Assembly (NCBI GenBank): GCA_963794325.1
Contig: CAWCDG010000005.1
Coordinates: 289,514 to 353,513, forward strand
Length of the DNA stretch: 64,000 bases
Direction of reading: 5' to 3'
Origin: an uncultured delta proteobacterium
GTDB taxonomy: Bacteria > Desulfobacterota > Binatia > Binatales > Binataceae
Below, piece by piece: positions 1 to 8,654 of this stretch (position 1 is its first letter; each line of letters begins with the position of its first letter). A program made the position numbers and the translations under genes. Below the pieces are notes generated by a model that saw only the letters and a list, made by a program, of their open reading frames with translations, was not told the origin of the DNA and ran no database searches.

Positions 1-444
1 CTGGGCGCGCGCGATACGCTGCGGCTCGAGGCGGGATTGCCGCTCTACGGTCACGAACTCGATCGCAACACGTCGCCGCTGGAAGCGGGACTGGGGATCT
101 TCGTGAAGCTGGGTCGTCCGTTCGTCGGCGAGAAGGCCCTTGCGGCGCAACGACAGCAAGGATTGAAGAAGCGGCTGGCCGGCTTGCAAACCGACGACGG
201 CAGGATGGTCGCGCGGCAGGGCTACAGGATATTTCGAAACGGCGACGAGGCGGGAGTTGTGACCAGCGGGACGTTTGCGCCGTCGATTCAGCGGCCGATC
301 GCGATGGCATATCTGACTACTGCGGCTGGCGTCGGCGAGACGCTCGAAGTCGAAATTCGCAATCGCAAGACTGGCGCGACTGTCGTGCGGCGACCGTTCT
401 ATCGGCGCGATGAGCAATATGCGGCATCAACTGCGAGCGTGTGA
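1..444 (+). CDS. gcvT: Glycine cleavage system T protein (aminomethyltransferase), C-terminal part; the 5' end is outside the window
   Basis: Frame 1 is open from nt 1. Translation LGARDTLRLEAGLPLYGHELD...VRRPFYRR matches the conserved GcvT C-terminal region. It is followed directly by gcvPA and gcvPB. Confidence 0.85.
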   Translation: MGARDTLRLEAGLPLYGHELDRNTSPLEAGLGIFVKLGRPFVGEKALAAQRQQGLKKRLAGLQTDDGRMVARQGYRIFRNGDEAGVVTSGTFAPSIQRPIAMAYLTTAAGVGETLEVEIRNRKTGATVVRRPFYRRDEQYAASTASV

Positions 445-467
445 TTGAATGAGGGCTAGTTGATTCG

Positions 468-1820
468 ATGAGATTCATGCCACATACCGAGAGCGATGTC
501 GCGTCGATGCTCGAGACGATCGGCGCCAGGCATCTCGACGACTTGATCGCGCACGTCCCGGCCAACTTGCGTGCGAGCGCGACGATCAATCTCGAGCGCG
601 GGCGCAGCGAGGCTGACGTCGTTCACGAGATTTCAGCACTCGCGGATCGCAACAGCGGGGCGTCGGGATTCACGAGTTTTCTCGGCGCCGGCTACTACCG
701 GCATTTCGTTCCTGCCGCGGTGCGCGCGGTGATTGGGCGCGCGGAATTCGCGACCAGCTATACGCCCTACCAGGCCGAGGCGAGCCAGGGGACGACGCAA
801 GCGATTTTCGAATTTCAGACGTTGATTACGCAGCTCACCGGGATGGAAGTCGCGAACGCCAGCATGTACGACGGCGCATCGGCGGCGGCAGAGGCGGTCC
901 TGATGGCGCGGCGGCTGATGCCGAAGCGCGCGGTCGTCGCGCTTTCGCGAGCGCTGTGGCCGGACTATCGCGCGACAGTCCGCACCTACTTGAGCGCGCT
1001 CAAGGGAATCGAGATCGTCGAAGTTCCGTTTGACGACGCGACCGGTGCGACCGACGCGGCCGCGCTCGATCGTATCGCCAATGATCAATTGTTATGCACC
1101 GTCACCGGCTATCCCAATGCGTTCGGCGTGATCGAACCGCTTGGCGCGATTACTGAAAAAACCCATCGCGCGGGCGCGCTCGCGATTTCCGCGACCGCCG
1201 AGGGAATCGCGCTGGGTCTGCTGCGCGCGCCGGGCGAGCTCGGCGTCGATATCGCAGTGGGCGAGGGCCAGAGTTTCGGACTGCCGCTTCAATACGGCGG
1301 ACCTGGAGTCGGCTTCATGGCCGCGCGGACGGCGCATCTCCGGCAGATGCCAGGAAGATTGGTCGGACAGACTCGAGATCGCGACGGGCGCCGCGCGTTC
1401 TGCCTGACGCTCAATACTCGCGAGCAACACATTCGTCGCGAACGGGCGACCTCGAACATCTGCACTAATCATTCGCTGTGCGCGCTGGCCGCGACGGTCT
1501 ATCTCTCGTTGATGGGCCGCACTGGATTGCGCGAACTGGCGGAGCGGAACGTCGAGCTATCGCATCAGGCGGCGGAAGTGCTCGCGAACGCGGGCATCCA
1601 GCGACGCTTCTCGGGACCGTTCTTCAACGAATTCGCGCTCAAACTTGCGAACCCCATGGCGGCTCTGGAAGCGGCTGAGCGCAAGCATATCCTCGCGGGT
1701 GTCCCGCTTGGAGACGACTATCCCGAGCTCTCCGGCGCGATCCTGGTTTCGGTCACTGAAATGAATCGCGGCGATGAGTTCACTCGGCTGGCGGCGGCGA
1801 TTGCGGGAGGGGAGCGGTGA
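468..1820 (+). CDS. gcvPA: Glycine dehydrogenase (decarboxylating) subunit 1
   Basis: 450-aa ORF with typical P-protein alpha regions (SYTPYQAEASQGTTQAIFEFQ, GEGQSFGLPLQYGGPGVGF). It starts 23 nt after gcvT. Confidence 0.92.
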   Translation: MRFMPHTESDVASMLETIGARHLDDLIAHVPANLRASATINLERGRSEADVVHEISALADRNSGASGFTSFLGAGYYRHFVPAAVRAVIGRAEFATSYTPYQAEASQGTTQAIFEFQTLITQLTGMEVANASMYDGASAAAEAVLMARRLMPKRAVVALSRALWPDYRATVRTYLSALKGIEIVEVPFDDATGATDAAALDRIANDQLLCTVTGYPNAFGVIEPLGAITEKTHRAGALAISATAEGIALGLLRAPGELGVDIAVGEGQSFGLPLQYGGPGVGFMAARTAHLRQMPGRLVGQTRDRDGRRAFCLTLNTREQHIRRERATSNICTNHSLCALAATVYLSLMGRTGLRELAERNVELSHQAAEVLANAGIQRRFSGPFFNEFALKLANPMAALEAAERKHILAGVPLGDDYPELSGAILVSVTEMNRGDEFTRLAAAIAGGER

Positions 1821-3358
1821 TGGCGAGCGCAGGCAGAATCGGACCAGTCGCGGTACCTGAAACTCCTTCGACCGTGGACCGGGTCGAACCGACCGCGGGC
1901 GTGCCGCTCATTTTCGAACTTTCATCCGAAGGCCGCCGCGGAACCGATTTGTCGCCGCGTGCTGCCGGCGATCGGCGTGGCGCGGAACTTCTCGGCGCGG
2001 AGCTTTGCCGCGAGGATCTTCGCGGCTTTCCCGAGCTCAGCGAGCCGCAGGTGCTGCGGCACTTTCTGCGGCTGTCGCAGCTCAACTTCGCGCAGGCGCT
2101 CGAGTTCTACCCGCTCGGATCGTGCACGATGAAATACAACCCCGTCGTGAACGACGAGCTGGCGGCGCTCCCGGGGTTGGCGGCGCTGCATCCCGCGACG
2201 CCGGCTCATCTCGCACAAGGCGCGCTCGAATTGATCGCGCGGATGGAAGCGGCGCTGGCCGAAATCACCGGGATGGACGCGGTGTCGCTGCATCCGGCGG
2301 CCGGTGCGCAAGGCGAATTGACCGGGCTGTTGATGGTCCGCGCGTATCATCGCAAGCACGGCGAGGTGCGGCACAAGGTGATCATCCCGGATACGGCGCA
2401 CGGCACGAATCCGGCGAGCTGCACACTGGCGGGCTTCGAGGTGATCGTCGCGAAATCGAATCGACGCGGCTATCTCGAAGCGGCTGAAGTTCGCCGCCTG
2501 ATGAGCGACGACGTTGCGGCGATGATGGTCACGAATCCGAACACGCTCGGAATCTTCGAGCCGGAAATCCAGGAGATCGCGGCGGCACTGCATGAACGCG
2601 GCGCGATGCTCTACCTGGACGGCGCGAATATGAACGCTCTGCTCGGCGTCGCGAAGCCGGGGCACATGGGCGCGGATATCGTGCAATTGAATCTGCACAA
2701 GAGTTTCTCGACCCCGCACGGCGGCGGTGGGCCGGGCGCGGGACCGGTCGCGGTGAGAAAGCATCTGGAGCCGTTCCTGCCGCTCCCGCGCTTGAAGCAT
2801 TCCAGTGCCGGTTACGAAATCGACGGCGACCGGCCGGATTCGATCGGACGGATGCGCTCGTATCACAATAATTTCGGAATGATCGTTCGCGCGTACGCGT
2901 ACATTCTCGCACTCGGCGGCGACGGCCTCGGGATGGCAAGCAGGCTGGCGATTCTCGGCGCGAACTATATCCGCAAACGGCTGGAGCCGCATTTTCCGAG
3001 TGCAACCGGCGAGCCGTCGATGCATGAATGCGTGTTGTCGCACGACCTCGAGAAACGCGCCGATGTGAGCACGCTCGAGATTGCCAAGCGACTGCTCGAT
3101 TTCGGGATTCATCCGCCGACGATCTATTTCCCGCTGGTGGTGCCGGGCGCGCTGATGATTGAGCCGACCGAGACCGAGAGCAAACAAATCCTCGACAGCT
3201 TCATCGAGACGATGGAGCGAATTTACGAAGAAGCGCTGAACGATCCCGAGCGAGTCAAGAACGCGCCGCAGACGTTGCCGGTCTCGCGCGTGGACGAGGC
3301 GCTGGCCGCGCGCCGCCCGATTCTGCGGTGGGAGAAGAAAGCGCCTCAGTCATCCTGA
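1820..3358 (+). CDS. gcvPB: Glycine dehydrogenase (decarboxylating) subunit 2
   Basis: Contains LIFELSSEGRRG, PDTAHGTNPAS and the PLP-lysine region NLHKSFSTPHGGGGPG. The start overlaps the gcvPA stop (GTGATG); a GTG at 1817 is an alternative start. Confidence 0.92.
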   Translation: MASAGRIGPVAVPETPSTVDRVEPTAGVPLIFELSSEGRRGTDLSPRAAGDRRGAELLGAELCREDLRGFPELSEPQVLRHFLRLSQLNFAQALEFYPLGSCTMKYNPVVNDELAALPGLAALHPATPAHLAQGALELIARMEAALAEITGMDAVSLHPAAGAQGELTGLLMVRAYHRKHGEVRHKVIIPDTAHGTNPASCTLAGFEVIVAKSNRRGYLEAAEVRRLMSDDVAAMMVTNPNTLGIFEPEIQEIAAALHERGAMLYLDGANMNALLGVAKPGHMGADIVQLNLHKSFSTPHGGGGPGAGPVAVRKHLEPFLPLPRLKHSSAGYEIDGDRPDSIGRMRSYHNNFGMIVRAYAYILALGGDGLGMASRLAILGANYIRKRLEPHFPSATGEPSMHECVLSHDLEKRADVSTLEIAKRLLDFGIHPPTIYFPLVVPGALMIEPTETESKQILDSFIETMERIYEEALNDPERVKNAPQTLPVSRVDEALAARRPILRWEKKAPQSS

Positions 3359-3367
3359 CCTTTCATT

Positions 3368-3540
3368 CCAGTTCCCCTTCCCGAGCGGGAAGGGGTTAGG
3401 GGTTAGGTTCTTCGCATCGTCCGCAACGCCGTCAGCAAAGGAGCGCTGCGCGATTTCAGAAACCGGAACCGTAAAGCGCGAACGATGCGAGCGACCTAAC
3501 CCCTAACCCCTTCCCATAGTGGGAAGGGGAACCGGAACTG
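3368..3540. repeat. Inverted pair of REP-like palindromic units (family A) flanking about 85 nt; MITE-like architecture
   Basis: 3368-3408 (ccagttccccttcccgagcgggaaggggttaggggttaggt) is the near reverse complement of 3494-3540. It lies between the convergent genes gcvPB and mobA. Confidence 0.85.
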
Positions 3541-3545
3541 AAAAG

Positions 3546-4163
3546 TCATGAGGACAAACGGGCCAACTCGAGAGCGCGCTGGTAATCCTCGGGCGTGTTC
3601 ACGTTGAAAAAACTCGTGAGCTGCGGATCGATTGTTCTCAGCTCATCTTCGCTGACCTTTCTTGCATTGATCGCGCTGGCGCTGGCGGTTAGCCGCTTCT
3701 CGCCGCTGGCACTGAGCGACTCGATCGCGTTTGCGCATTGCTTGCGATAGACGGCGTGCAGCGGCTGGAGCTTGCCCCCCACTTCGGGAATCACCGCGTC
3801 AAAGTCGTCGAGCATCGCGACCAGGTCGGCTGCAACGTCGGAATTCAGCAGCGGCAGATCGCATGAGCATGCGAACGCGATGCTGTGATCGAGCGCATTC
3901 AGACCGCGCCGCAGCGCGTCGAGCGGCCCCGCGAACGCCGTCTCGTCGTGGACGATCTTCAATCCGGGAATCTCGATGCGGGGCAGGCCTTCAGATTTGG
4001 GCGCCGCGACGATCACGACTTCATCGAACCGCCATTTGAGCTCGATAACGATCCTGGTGAGCAGCGGCATCCCGCCGAAATCGAGCGCCGCCTTGGGCTG
4101 GCCCATCCGCGAGCTGCGCCCTCCGACCAGCACGATCGCGCCCGCGTCTTTCGCTGATGACAC
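3546..4163 (-). CDS. mobA: Molybdenum cofactor guanylyltransferase (MobA-like NTP transferase)
   Basis: N-terminus GAIVLVGGRSSRMGQPKAAL matches the MobA-type glycine-rich loop. Length is 205 aa and a CDLP motif is present. Confidence 0.75.
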   Translation of the reverse strand: MSSAKDAGAIVLVGGRSSRMGQPKAALDFGGMPLLTRIVIELKWRFDEVVIVAAPKSEGLPRIEIPGLKIVHDETAFAGPLDALRRGLNALDHSIAFACSCDLPLLNSDVAADLVAMLDDFDAVIPEVGGKLQPLHAVYRKQCANAIESLSASGEKRLTASASAINARKVSEDELRTIDPQLTSFFNVNTPEDYQRALELARLSS

Positions 4164-4202
4164 TCGACGAGTTTAGAGCGCGTTCATCTGACGCGCCAGT
4201 GC

Positions 4203-4828
4203 TTACGCCGCCGCCCGGCTCTCGGGTGCGCGATTTGCGCGCAACTCGGTACCGATGATCCGCAGCGCTTCGGGATGGAAGATCAGTGCGAGATGCCCGA
4301 CGTCGTGCAGTGTCACGATTCGCCCGAACGCTGCGCTATTGGTCAGCTCCGCGACGGGGGCCGGCACGATGGGGTCGTCGTCGCCGAAAATACCGACCTC
4401 GACGGGACTCCATTGTCCGTAGGAATACGGCGAGCCGAGCGTGATCAGCGATCGCACTGCACGCTTTCGAGCGCGCCAGCCGCGTAACGCCGCGCCACGG
4501 TGCCGCCGAGGCTATGTCCGATCAGATGAACGCCGTTGCCGCCTGATTTTTCTTCTGCGACGCGCCCAAGTTGCGTGGCGGAATCAGCGAGCGTTTGCCA
4601 TCGCGGGTACTCGAAATAAGAAACGTTGTCGAATCCGGCCAGCCGCAGATACGCCGCCAGCGCCAGCAGATTCGATCGGCTGCCGCCGAAGCCGTGCAGC
4701 AGAATGACCGGCTCGCTCGACGGCTCGCAGAAATACGGCTCGCCTCTCTTGACCAGCCAGTCCATCGGATACGAGCCGATCAGCGCGCCCGCCGCGGCGA
4801 TTTCAGTAAAGACCGTTCTCGACTTCAT
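4203..4828 (-). pseudogene. Alpha/beta hydrolase (lipase/esterase-like) split by a frame break near 4457
   Basis: ORF 4445-4828 carries LLHGFGGS and the nucleophile elbow GHSLGG. ORF 4203-4457 continues with RSLITLGSPY...DDPIV...GH. The two frames overlap by 13 nt, consistent with a 1-nt indel. Confidence 0.7.
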
Positions 4829-5004
4829 AAATTTCCCTCCACCCCATCGCGAGCCCCACCGTATTCAAAGCTAACCACGCCACATCTCGCGGGCAACTCG
4901 CCCAGCAAAGGGTTTGCGCGTGCGCGGGGTGCGGGCGCACAATGCCAAACGCGACGCCCCCAACATCAGTTCCGTGCCGCGGCGCCCCAATCGAGGTGAC
5001 GGTA

Positions 5005-5886
5005 ATGAGCGAAGCCAAGCGCGAATCCAAAGGTCCGGTGCGCGGATATTTCTTCGACAAATCTGTGGTGGTAACCGGCGCGTCCAGCGGCATCGGGCAC
5101 GACGTAGCGCTCGCGTTCGGCGAACAAGGCGCTCAGGTTGCCCTGCTCGCTCGCCGGCGCGTGCAGCTCGAGGAGCTCGCGCACAAAATCAACAAGGCGG
5201 GCGGCAAGGCGCTCGCGCTGGATTGCGACGTGACCGATCGCGCGCGCGTATTCTGGGCTATCGAGCAGGTCAAGGAAGCCTTCGGCAAAGTCGACATCCT
5301 GATTAACTCGGCCGGATTGCTCGTCGCAGAAACGGTCGAGCAGATGCGCCCTGAAGACCTTGAAAGGATGATGGCGGTGAACGTCTTCGGCGCGCTCAAC
5401 GCGATGCAGGCGGTGCTGCCGGTGATGCGCAAGGCAAAGTCGGGCAACATCGTGAATATTTCGTCGCTGGCGGGACGCCGCGGTATCAGCCCGCTCGGCG
5501 GCTACAGCTCGACCAAGTTCGCGCTGGTCGGCATGACCGAAGCACTGCGCATGGAGCTGTTCAACACCGGAATAAAGGTGTCGCTCGTGATGCCGGGAGT
5601 GATCGACACGCCGATGGCGCGCAACGCGCTCAAGCACGACACGCTGAAGGGAGTATCCGCGATGATGGCGATGCCGGCGCGATGGGTGACGTGGGCGGTG
5701 CTGGCCGCGGCCGCGTTCGGGCTGACGGAAGTGGACGTTCCACCGGGCGCGGCAGTCGCGGAAAAACTCGCGTCGCTGTTCCCCGGCGTCACCGATGCGC
5801 TGCTGAGCGTCGGCACCCGGGTGATGCAGGGCGCGGCCACGTTCATGGGCGGCGGCGCGAAAGCGGAGCAGAAGGCGAAGTCCTAG
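5005..5886 (+). CDS. Short-chain dehydrogenase/reductase with a hydrophobic C-terminal extension
   Basis: Contains TGASSGIG, NISSLAG and YSSTKFA (YxxxK). ATG at 5005 is preceded by GAGGTGA. The C-terminal stretch WVTWAVLAAAAFGL is hydrophobic. Confidence 0.88.
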   Translation: MSEAKRESKGPVRGYFFDKSVVVTGASSGIGHDVALAFGEQGAQVALLARRRVQLEELAHKINKAGGKALALDCDVTDRARVFWAIEQVKEAFGKVDILINSAGLLVAETVEQMRPEDLERMMAVNVFGALNAMQAVLPVMRKAKSGNIVNISSLAGRRGISPLGGYSSTKFALVGMTEALRMELFNTGIKVSLVMPGVIDTPMARNALKHDTLKGVSAMMAMPARWVTWAVLAAAAFGLTEVDVPPGAAVAEKLASLFPGVTDALLSVGTRVMQGAATFMGGGAKAEQKAKS

Positions 5887-5901
5887 CAGTGTAGCAAAAT
5901 C

Positions 5902-6621
5902 CTACATGAAGTACGGCTTGGCCATCTCGTCGAATCTGCCGTACATCAGCCAGACCTTTACGTTGAATGCGTGCGGATGCTCGACCGGCTCGCGCCCTAC
6001 CGTCTTCAGACCCAGCTGTTTGTACATTTCGTAGAGCGGCTCGACTGGATTCGTAATCAGCAGCTTGGGGCGTCGCGAGAAGACGAAGAGGCGCGCCGTG
6101 TCGGACATCATCTTGACCAGACCTTTGCCCTGGTAGGTCGGGTCGATCACCATCCCGCCGAACTCGAAGACCTCCGACGCGAGCATCCCCTTGAACAACT
6201 GCGCGGGATAGAGATGACCGAGCGTCAACGGCGCATCCGCGAGGCATCGCGCCCAGAACGCGCCAATCAGCGGCGGGCGGCGACGCTCGCTCGCACCCAC
6301 CGAATAAAGCCCGAAATGAATCGCAAGCGGCCATAGCAGCACGTGCACGCGCTTTTCCTGCACGTTGAGCATCTTCCAGGTTCGCTTGTGCAGCGCGGCG
6401 AGCTCGCGCAAACCCAACGGCGTGCCGATCGGACGAACTTCGAGCCGTCCCTCGAACTGCACGTTGGTCGGCGGACGCAGAGGCGGAGAATGAGGCGCGC
6501 GCCTGGGTTTTTCTGGCGGCGGCCTTTCTTCGGGAGGCGGTTGTTCGGCAGGCGTCTCACGATCCGGCGTCAGCGACGAGAGCATCGCCTCGATCGGATC
6601 ATCGTTCTTCTCACCTGCCAT
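5902..6621 (-). CDS. Hypothetical protein with a Pro-rich N-terminus and a GNAT-like C-terminal half
   Basis: IDPTYQGKGLVKMM resembles the acetyl-CoA binding motif (Q/RxxGxG/A) of GNAT acyltransferases. The first ~60 aa are low-complexity Pro/Glu-rich. Confidence 0.45.
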   Translation of the reverse strand: MAGEKNDDPIEAMLSSLTPDRETPAEQPPPEERPPPEKPRRAPHSPPLRPPTNVQFEGRLEVRPIGTPLGLRELAALHKRTWKMLNVQEKRVHVLLWPLAIHFGLYSVGASERRRPPLIGAFWARCLADAPLTLGHLYPAQLFKGMLASEVFEFGGMVIDPTYQGKGLVKMMSDTARLFVFSRRPKLLITNPVEPLYEMYKQLGLKTVGREPVEHPHAFNVKVWLMYGRFDEMAKPYFM

Positions 6622-6873
6622 CAGTGAACCCCGCCGCGCCGCCGAATTCCGGCGACGCCGATTTCACACCACCCAACTCGATGCCGTCCCGCAGGACAGC
6701 TCATCCACACGCCGTGAGACGCGCGCCCGCCGCGATCGGTCGATTGCGGCACGACGCCAACCACTACTGGCTCACTGGTTATCAATATTAGGGAATCGAA
6801 GGGTCAAGCGAAACATGAACCGACCCCGAAAACGTCAGTTATTTACACAGGAAGAGTGGGAAGGGGGAAGCCA

Positions 6874-6945
6874 TTACACTTGAGGTGGAACCCGCGGTGG
6901 GTTTCACACCTCCTTCGGCAGGGGTGACCCCTGCACCCAGTGTAA
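6874..6945. repeat. Structured two-hairpin intergenic element, family B copy 1
   Basis: Core is gtggaacccgcggtgggtttcac ... gcaggggtgacccctgc acccagt, enclosed by ttacact/agtgtaa. It shares this core with 38994-39062. Confidence 0.75.
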
Positions 6946-6973
6946 AAAGAAAGGGCGCCCAGTTGGGCGCCCT
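6944..6973 (-). terminator. Rho-independent terminator of the aldehyde dehydrogenase gene
   Basis: On the minus strand there is a perfect 9-bp GC-rich stem (agggcgccc aact gggcgccct) followed by tttcttttt, 27 nt after the ALDH stop. Confidence 0.7.
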
Positions 6974-6999
6974 CTCCTGCTATTCGATCTGTTCTCGAA

Positions 7000-8514
7000 C
7001 TACCCGATCTTCGCGTATACCGACTTGATCTGCGTGTACAGATCGATCGCGTACTTGCCGAGTTCGCGGCCGAAGCCGGACTGCTTGTAGCCGCCAAACG
7101 GGGACATCGGATCGATCTGACCGTAGGTGTTGATCCAGACCGTGCCGGCTTTGAGCTTGCGCGCGACGCCGAGCGCACGGTTGATATCCTTGGTCCAGAC
7201 TGCGGCGGCCAGCCCGTAGGTTGTGTCGTTGCCCTGGGCGATGACGTCGTTCTCGTCCTTGAACTTGATCGCCGAGGCGACCGGGCCAAAGATTTCTTCG
7301 CGCGCGATTTTCATCTGGTTGTTCACGCCGGTGAAAACCGTCGGCTGAATGAAGTAGCCGGATTCCTGCTTGCCGGGCTCGCCGCCAGTCTTGGCCGTCG
7401 CGCCTTCCGCCTTGCCGGTCTTCAGATATCCCTTGACGCGATCGTGCTGCTCTTTGGAAACCAGCGGTCCCATGCGGGTGTTCGGATCCAGTGGATTGCC
7501 GAGCGTCAGGCCGCTCGCGATCTTCGACAGCTCATCGGTGAACTGATCGTAAACCTTCTCCTGCACGAACACGCGCGAGCCGGCGCAGCAGACCTGGCCC
7601 TGGTTCATGAAAATGCCCAGCGCGGATCCGAATACCGCGGACGGCATGTCAGCGTCGGGGAAAATGATGTTGGGCGACTTGCCACCGAGCTCGAGCGAGA
7701 CGCGCTTCAAGTTGCCAGTCGAGGCCTGCAGGATCAATTTGCCGACCTCGGTCGAGCCGGTGAATGCGACCTTGTCGACATCGGGATGCTCGGCGAGCGC
7801 GCTGCCGGCGCCGGGGCCGAAGCCGGTGATGATTTGCACGACGCCCTCAGGCAGTCCCGCCTCGAGGATAAGTTCGCCGAGGCGAAGCGCAGTCAGCGGA
7901 GTCTGCTCGGCAGGCTTCAGGATGACGACGTTGCCGCATGCGAGCGCGGGCGCAATTTTCCACGACGCCATCAGCAGCGGGAAATTCCACGGGATGATCT
8001 GTCCGCACACGCCAACCGGTTCGCGCAGCGTGTAGTTGAACATCGAGGGATCGGACGGGTTGGTCTCGCCATAAATCTTGGTCGCGAAGCCGGCGTAGTA
8101 GCGGAAGGTCTCGGCGGCGCCCGGGATGTCGATATTCTTCGACTCGAACAGCGGCTTGCCGTTGTCGAGCGTCTCGAGCTCGGAGAGCTCTTCGGCATGC
8201 TTGTCGATCAGCTCCGCAATCTTGAGCAGGAAGTGCGTGCGCGCGTGTGGGCTGAGCTTGGACCACTGGCCTTCTTCGTATGCCTTGCGCGCGTGCTTGA
8301 CCGCCTCGTCGACGTCGGCCTTGTCGCCCTCGGCAACCAGCGCGAGCACCTGCTCGTTGGACGGGTTGAGGGTCTCGAAGGTCTTGCCGGACTTCGACGG
8401 CACCCATTTGTTGTTGATAAGAAGTTTTTTGGGCGAGCTCTTGAGAAACTCAAGCGCTGCGCTCGACTTGGCGCCGCGAGTCGCGGACTCCAATGACGCT
8501 GATGCTGATGCCAT
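7000..8514 (-). CDS. NAD(P)-dependent aldehyde dehydrogenase
   Basis: 504 aa with typical ALDH motifs: FTGSTEVGK, ELGGKSP and the catalytic Cys region QGQVCCAGSR. Confidence 0.93.
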   Translation of the reverse strand: MASASASLESATRGAKSSAALEFLKSSPKKLLINNKWVPSKSGKTFETLNPSNEQVLALVAEGDKADVDEAVKHARKAYEEGQWSKLSPHARTHFLLKIAELIDKHAEELSELETLDNGKPLFESKNIDIPGAAETFRYYAGFATKIYGETNPSDPSMFNYTLREPVGVCGQIIPWNFPLLMASWKIAPALACGNVVILKPAEQTPLTALRLGELILEAGLPEGVVQIITGFGPGAGSALAEHPDVDKVAFTGSTEVGKLILQASTGNLKRVSLELGGKSPNIIFPDADMPSAVFGSALGIFMNQGQVCCAGSRVFVQEKVYDQFTDELSKIASGLTLGNPLDPNTRMGPLVSKEQHDRVKGYLKTGKAEGATAKTGGEPGKQESGYFIQPTVFTGVNNQMKIAREEIFGPVASAIKFKDENDVIAQGNDTTYGLAAAVWTKDINRALGVARKLKAGTVWINTYGQIDPMSPFGGYKQSGFGRELGKYAIDLYTQIKSVYAKIG

Positions 8515-8654
8515 TTTACCTAATCTCCTGTCGGTGATGTGTCGGTGCGATCAGAGCCTGATTAACACTCGAACCATAGTAAATCGAGATGTATTCGGCA
8601 AAGCGAAAAGTGGGCGCGCCGCCCTTGCTATTGCTATTGTGAGCGCAACCGTCA

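Noticed and set aside
1922-3187. Very long ORFs antisense to well-conserved genes. Examples are 1922-3187(-), 7444-8496(+), 8652-9854(-), 16816-17832(-), 24109-25242(+), 37109-38242(-), 40541-41488(-), 53912-54991(-) and 60849-61691(+).
   Set aside because: Each mirrors a gene with clear family motifs on the other strand. Their products are Arg/Ala/Gly-rich low-complexity sequence. Stop-codon depletion on the antisense strand is expected in DNA above 60% GC.
1-3358. There is no gcvH between gcvT and gcvPA.
   Set aside because: A gcvT-gcvPA-gcvPB operon with gcvH encoded elsewhere is a known arrangement (for example in Bacillus). It is not evidence of anything unusual.
3389-3408. The telomere-like TTAGGGG repeats could be a chromosome or linear-replicon end.
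   Set aside because: Only two tandem units occur per copy. They are embedded in a palindromic REP-like unit inside ordinary intergenic spacers, with genes on both sides.
6782-6810. A possible sigma-70 promoter (TTGACC ... TATTGA/TGATAA, minus strand) upstream of the GNAT-like gene.
   Set aside because: The spacing is 14 nt for the better hexamer, and the hexamer at 17 nt is poor. The support is not adequate.
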